DNA from: Octopus sinensis
Lineage: Eukaryota
DNA: 64,000 bases
Reading direction: 5' to 3'
Assembly: GCF_006345805.1 (NCBI RefSeq)
Contig: NC_043006.1
Coordinates: forward strand, 13,578,001-13,642,000
The first letter of the stretch is position 1. Each line of letters starts with the position of its first letter. Of the stretch, positions 59,443-64,000 are shown piece by piece. Both the position numbers and the translations under genes were made by a program. Below the pieces are notes generated by a model that did no database searches, was not told the origin of the DNA, and saw only the letters and a list, made by a program, of their open reading frames with translations.

Positions 59443-60555
59443 TTATTTTTTCGTACGACGATTACCACGACAAATAAAAGTGTCTTTAAAACTCTTTCTG
59501 AAATTATCAGAGACCAGCGCATAGAGGAGAGGGTTTAAACCACTGTTTGCATAATAAAGTAAATAACATATTGGAGAAAATAGACTTCCAAGAGATTGCG
59601 TGTCTGCCCACAAGTATAAACAAGATCTGATATGATAGGGAAGAGCTAATACAGCGAATGAACCAATTATCATTACAAGAAGAATGATGACTTTTCTTCG
59701 GGCTTGGATCGCTTTCTGTGTAGTAACTCGTGGATAATTCTTTTGATGATGCTGTTCAGGGCATATCTGACTCGAAATATTGTTGTGCCTTAAAGTTTCT
59801 TTAACAAGAGTCACTCTTTGAAGGCTGTTTCTGTTACTTATGTGTCCTTTCATCGATGAACCAGCGCTATTTAGACTGTCTATTGAGTAAATATCGGTGT
59901 TACTCCCACAATCGGTTTCACCTTCGCATTCCGACATGCATTCACTTTCTAAATAGGGTTCTCTGTTTGATAAAGTTACTTTGCATTTATCTCTATCCAA
60001 AGAAATATCTTTATAACCAGAACACACAAATTCTTTATTTTGATTGTCGTACTTTCTGTCGTTCATTTCTCTGCAGGAATGAGAATAATAGTTTTGATTC
60101 TCTTTTTGGTTTGAAGAACCACTTTTTCCGCTAACACATTTTCTGTAAGTCTGAGAACTAGTATTCAAAACAAAGTTTTTAGAACTGCTGCTTTGCCAAA
60201 GTACAGCAGCAATTTTGACGTACATGAATGTAAGCACTGATAATGGAATAGTGTACCAAATGACAAGGTTAGCTAGGACATACGCATTGGTGTTGATACT
60301 GTCAGAACGTATGTAGCAATAAGTGTTGTTGCCAATAACAAATGTGTCATAGTCCACAAGTTGAGGAGAGTTATAGATAATTAAGAATAACCAGATAATT
60401 GCTTGCAAGATCTTCAGCCGTCTAAATGTGAACATCTGCTTGGCCTTCAAAGGATACAGTACAGCTATGTATCGTTCCACTGAAATTACTGTAAGAAGCA
60501 ATACAGGCACCGTCAAACTCATGTAGTGAACAAAGTAGTACAATTTACACATTAC
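59443..60555 (-). CDS. Terminal coding exon (TM3 to stop, 370 aa) of a rhodopsin-family peptide GPCR, trissin-receptor-like
   Basis: Polypyrimidine tract and TTTGCAG acceptor before VMCK (phase 0); CKLY..ISVERYIAVLYPL (ERY), TM4 W, ECL2 Cys, TM5 YTIP..Y, ARRKVI, FAVLALPYH, NSGLNPLLY (NPxxY), helix 8 FRKSF. Trissin subfamily call is from recalled motif resemblance. Confidence 0.9.
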   Translation of the reverse strand, partial: VMCKLYYFVHYMSLTVPVLLLTVISVERYIAVLYPLKAKQMFTFRRLKILQAIIWLFLIIYNSPQLVDYDTFVIGNNTYCYIRSDSINTNAYVLANLVIWYTIPLSVLTFMYVKIAAVLWQSSSSKNFVLNTSSQTYRKCVSGKSGSSNQKENQNYYSHSCREMNDRKYDNQNKEFVCSGYKDISLDRDKCKVTLSNREPYLESECMSECEGETDCGSNTDIYSIDSLNSAGSSMKGHISNRNSLQRVTLVKETLRHNNISSQICPEQHHQKNYPRVTTQKAIQARRKVIILLVMIIGSFAVLALPYHIRSCLYLWADTQSLGSLFSPICYLLYYANSGLNPLLYALVSDNFRKSFKDTFICRGNRRTKK

Positions 60556-60658
60556 CTGCAAAAAGAAAAGAACAAAATTAGCACACGTATATACGCAAAT
60601 GCGTACACTCACACATGTACGCACGCTTACATACATATACACACACATACATATACAA

Positions 60659-60729
<71 letters not shown>

Positions 60730-60974
60730 GGAGTAAACACATAAATGTGAAACAAGGTGGAAAAAAGAGTACTCAAATACCAGTGGTAGAGTAATATGCT
60801 TTATTTAAAGCAGCAGAAAATTCAACAAAACCTGTTACTCTGAGTTTCACGTTGCCGTTCGTCGGACAGTTTTTGCTAGCAAAAAAAAGCCTTATTTATC
60901 ATATATTGATGAGCGTAAATACTGAAATTTATTTTTTATTTCAGGGTGGAGGTACATAGAGTTAATTTAAGCAG

Positions 60975-61345
60975 AAGTTCCAGTCATACGATCTAGTATG
61001 TCCACTTAAGAAGCCAAGAGGCAACGCATTGCAGATTTGCTTCGTGGCGGGGGTTGCTATTAGACGTATTGTTCAGACTGTCGAGGCTTCTGTGAGCACT
61101 GTCTACAAAGTTAAGAACCGAATGTTCGATATGGGAAGCATCAAGAGAAAGCAAGGAAGTGGAAGCATAAATAAAAAAAAATGGGATAATGCATTTCTTA
61201 AATATCTCAAGGCCAAAATTTCGAAAGACCCAACAACATCCATGAAAGTTGCTCCAAAGACCACCAGAAACGCTGTACACACTGATTTACATTTGTGGGT
61301 CATACGTGAGGACCCCGAGACACCTATGGACCCATTTACAAAAAC
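60975..61345 (+). pseudogene. Tc1/mariner-superfamily transposase N-terminal (HTH) relic, DD37D/maT-like, within the GPCR intron
   Basis: KRQRIADLL..GVAIRRIVQTVEASVSTVYKVKNR..GSIKRKQGSG..LKAKISKDPTTSM..KTTRNAVHTDL. Confidence 0.7.
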
Positions 61346-61806
61346 GATGACGGAAAAAACGGACAATATTACACAAATATGAATACAATGAAAATATAAT
61401 TTAATAAATAATAACAGGACATAACAACAGTTGTCTTTCGACTACGGACGAATTGAATTAAGCTGGCGCGTGTGGAAATGAAGCATTACGGATGAGATAC
61501 AAACATTTCATTGTATTTATATTTGTCCGTTTTTTCCGTCCTTGTTTTTGTATACATTCGATGCTTTCTTCCAAGGAATCTAATGCTCTTAGCTTAGTTT
61601 TTACTTGGGGCTGGCCAGATTAGAGGAATCTGAAGAATAATCAGCCGAAATTGCGAGGATAATCTGGTTCTTGACTGAAGATATAAAACTTTGAATGACC
61701 CGTCCTTGTTTATTTGTATCGTCTATCTGGATGTTTTGTTGTCCCTTTTTGTATCATCTAGTTTTGCGTTCTGGTCCCATTTTGCATTATATATTTATAT
61801 ATGTAG

Positions 61807-62035
61807 ATTTCTTTATTGCCAACAAGTGGCTAAACATAGAGGGGACAAACAAGGACAAACAAACGGATTAAGTCGATTACATCGACCCCAGTGCCAAACT
61901 GGTACTTTATTTATCGACCACGAAAGGATGAATGGCGAAGTCGACCTTGGCGGAATTTGAACTCAGAACGTAACGACAGACGAAATACCGTTAAGCATTT
62001 CGCCCGGCGTGTTAACGTTTCTGCCGGCTCACCGC
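61807..62035 (-). mobile_element. SINE family A
   Basis: Full-length match. Confidence 0.88.
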
Positions 62036-62641
62036 ATCTCGCCTGCGTCTCTCCAACTGGATGTTATTTCTCTGTAGAGACGGGTTTTTTTTAATACTGG
62101 GACATCCTCCATACAGTGGATGCCACCAAGTCGACGGAGCCTGCGTTGCCTGAGCAGAATGAACATGGTTGGGAAACCGGCACATATGTTATGTATCAGG
62201 GACGTGCCGCTTAGGCAGGCGACGTAGACAGTGCCTACTTTGAATAAAATAGATCAATAGTAACATTTTCCTGTTATGGCAAAATATGCACCTAATTCAA
62301 TAAAATTATGGAGTCTACTCTGATTACTATGCATAAAATGCAAATTATTTTATTCTTTTGTAGATTAGGTAGGCATAACTCTCTCCTGCCTTTCAATCTC
62401 AGTATTGAAGCTACGCATAGAACTGCTGTAGTACACATGCTGCGTACATTCCTACAACAACGGTTTCTTTACGCGCTATAAAGGCCCGAAGTAAATCTGC
62501 CTACAACTCAGTCGCAGGTGTATGTTTCGCTTAATTTCTTGTGTTTTAATACATAAACGTCACCAACTGCCTACTCCGAGTAATTACTGACGGCATGTGC
62601 CTGGCATGTATGTATATATGCATATATATATATATATATGC

Positions 62642-62688
<47 letters not shown>

Positions 62689-62690
<2 letters not shown>

Positions 62691-62995
62691 GAGGCGCAAT
62701 GGCCCATGGTTAGGGCAGCGGACTCCCGGTCAGAGGATCGCGGTTTCGATTCCCAGACTGGGCGTTGTGCGTGTTTATTGAGCGAAAACACCTAAGGCTC
62801 TACGAGGCTCCGGCAGTGGGGGGTGGCGACCCCTGTTGTACTCTTTCGCCCCAGTTTTCTCTCACTCTTTCTTCCTGTTTTTTTAGTAACGCTGCGATGG
62901 ACTGGCGTCCCGTCCAGCTGGGGGGAACACATACGCCATGGAAACCGGGAAACCGGACCATGAGCTTGGCTAGGCTTCAAAAGGGGGCACACAAA
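62689..62995 (+). mobile_element. SINE family C, tail type 3
   Basis: Shared head and body to CTTCCTGTTT, then CTGCGATGGACTGGCGTCCCGTCCAG.. ending in (TAAA)n. Confidence 0.85.
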
Positions 62996-63064
62996 TAATA
63001 AATAAATAAATTTATATATATTTGTTTTGCAAGATTTTTGATCTGAAATCGTGTGTAGAAACAT

Positions 63065-63258
63065 ATTATTGTATTTAGGAATGGTCATTTTGCCAGTTTA
63101 GCCAATAAGAACACAGGGGTATGACGAAAGAACTCTGGCCGAAATAAGATTAAGATTAATGTAAAAAAATAAATAACACTGAAGCAAAGTAACACCAAAT
63201 ATATAGTGCGTGTGTTTTTATTGGCTAAACTGGCAAAATGACCATTCCGAAATACAAC
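63065..63258. repeat. Hairpin made of a recurrent pseudo-LTR-like repeat (also ~40290-40410 minus and ~41600-41740 plus)
   Basis: GGAATGGTCATTTTGCCAGTTTAGCCAATAA and its reverse complement flank a shared AAGATTAAGATTAATG segment. Confidence 0.8.
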
Positions 63259-64000
63259 AATATATATATACATACATACGTACTTACATTCATACAAGCA
63301 TACATACATACATACATACATACATACATACATACATACATACATACATACATACATACATACATAAAGACTAAGCTGGCAGAAACATGGGAGTCACTGT
63401 CAATACTGTTCTTGTTAAAGAGTAATAAATATTTACTCTATGGAGTTTAATGTAAAATTGTTTGTATTATATCTTGACATAAAAACAAACACAATACTTA
63501 ATATATCTCACTACCCCGCCTCCCCAACTCCCTGTATCTATTTATCTATATATCAAACTGTTTATAAGCCTGTCTGCCTGTGTTTGTGCCTGTATGTATT
63601 ATGTATGTATGTAGGTTAATATGTACGGGGATTTGTACACAAATGAAAATATGATAAAACTTAATATAAGTAATTGGGTTCAATCTCCTTCGTCGTTAAA
63701 CCATTTTACGCATCCCTTTGAGAATCTTCGTCGAGTAACCTCTAAAATATTTAGGGAGAAAGTGAAAGCTTCTTTGATCTGAAATCCACGTGCTAATTCA
63801 ATTTCTTTTTAGGTTGTTTATAAACGGCGCCACATAGGAATCAAATGAGATCTTTCCCATTTTTGTACTGATTTCTTGAAAAAAAATCTGCATTATTGAT
63901 TTCTTTCTCCTTTCCATGTTTAAACAAATATTAAATTATAACTGTGGAGAATTGTATTTATTTATCATTCCAGCATTATTCATGATGTTTCCTTTATTTT

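Noticed and set aside
60556-60666. N-terminal 37 codons of the 407-aa GPCR ORF
   Set aside because: Microsatellite-derived intron sequence upstream of a canonical acceptor
61613-61667. CCAGAUUA..GAAAUUGCG..UAAUCUGG hammerhead-like stem
   Set aside because: The flanking stem pairs but the core nucleotides and helix II order do not fit
908-62995. tRNA genes
   Set aside because: All A/B-box sequences are SINE heads without complete acceptor stems or cloverleaves

Overview
AT-rich, repeat-saturated animal genomic DNA. It is most likely an Octopus species, inferred from the tRNA-derived SINE families, the retroelement mix and the extreme microsatellite load; nothing prokaryotic is present. The only host gene I can support is the terminal coding exon (TM3 to stop, minus strand, 59443-60555) of a class A peptide GPCR resembling trissin receptors; its upstream exon(s) were not found in the window. 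The rest is: a ~10-kb (TG)n-spaced satellite (5397-15478), three tRNA-headed SINE families, LINE fragments (RTE/BovB-like, CR1-group, R4/Dong, HERO), many Penelope-like element (PLE) relics with inverted/direct repeat cassettes, non-autonomous Helitrons, MITEs, Tc1/mariner relics, microsatellites and a 100-N gap. The most striking unexplained signal is a set of type I hammerhead ribozyme motifs folded by hand from several unrelated repeat families. All have palindromic helix III, several have very long helix II insertions, and one lies in a 357-bp retrozyme-like direct-repeat unit. Other highlights are a 4.8-kb fold-back that captures the birth of a minisatellite, a hairpin with pri-miRNA geometry, and a double-pseudoknot candidate in a HERO 3' UTR. 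All pairings, alignments and family assignments were done by eye or from memory, with no database search or folding software. Boundaries are approximate unless target-site duplications (TSDs) or motifs are quoted.
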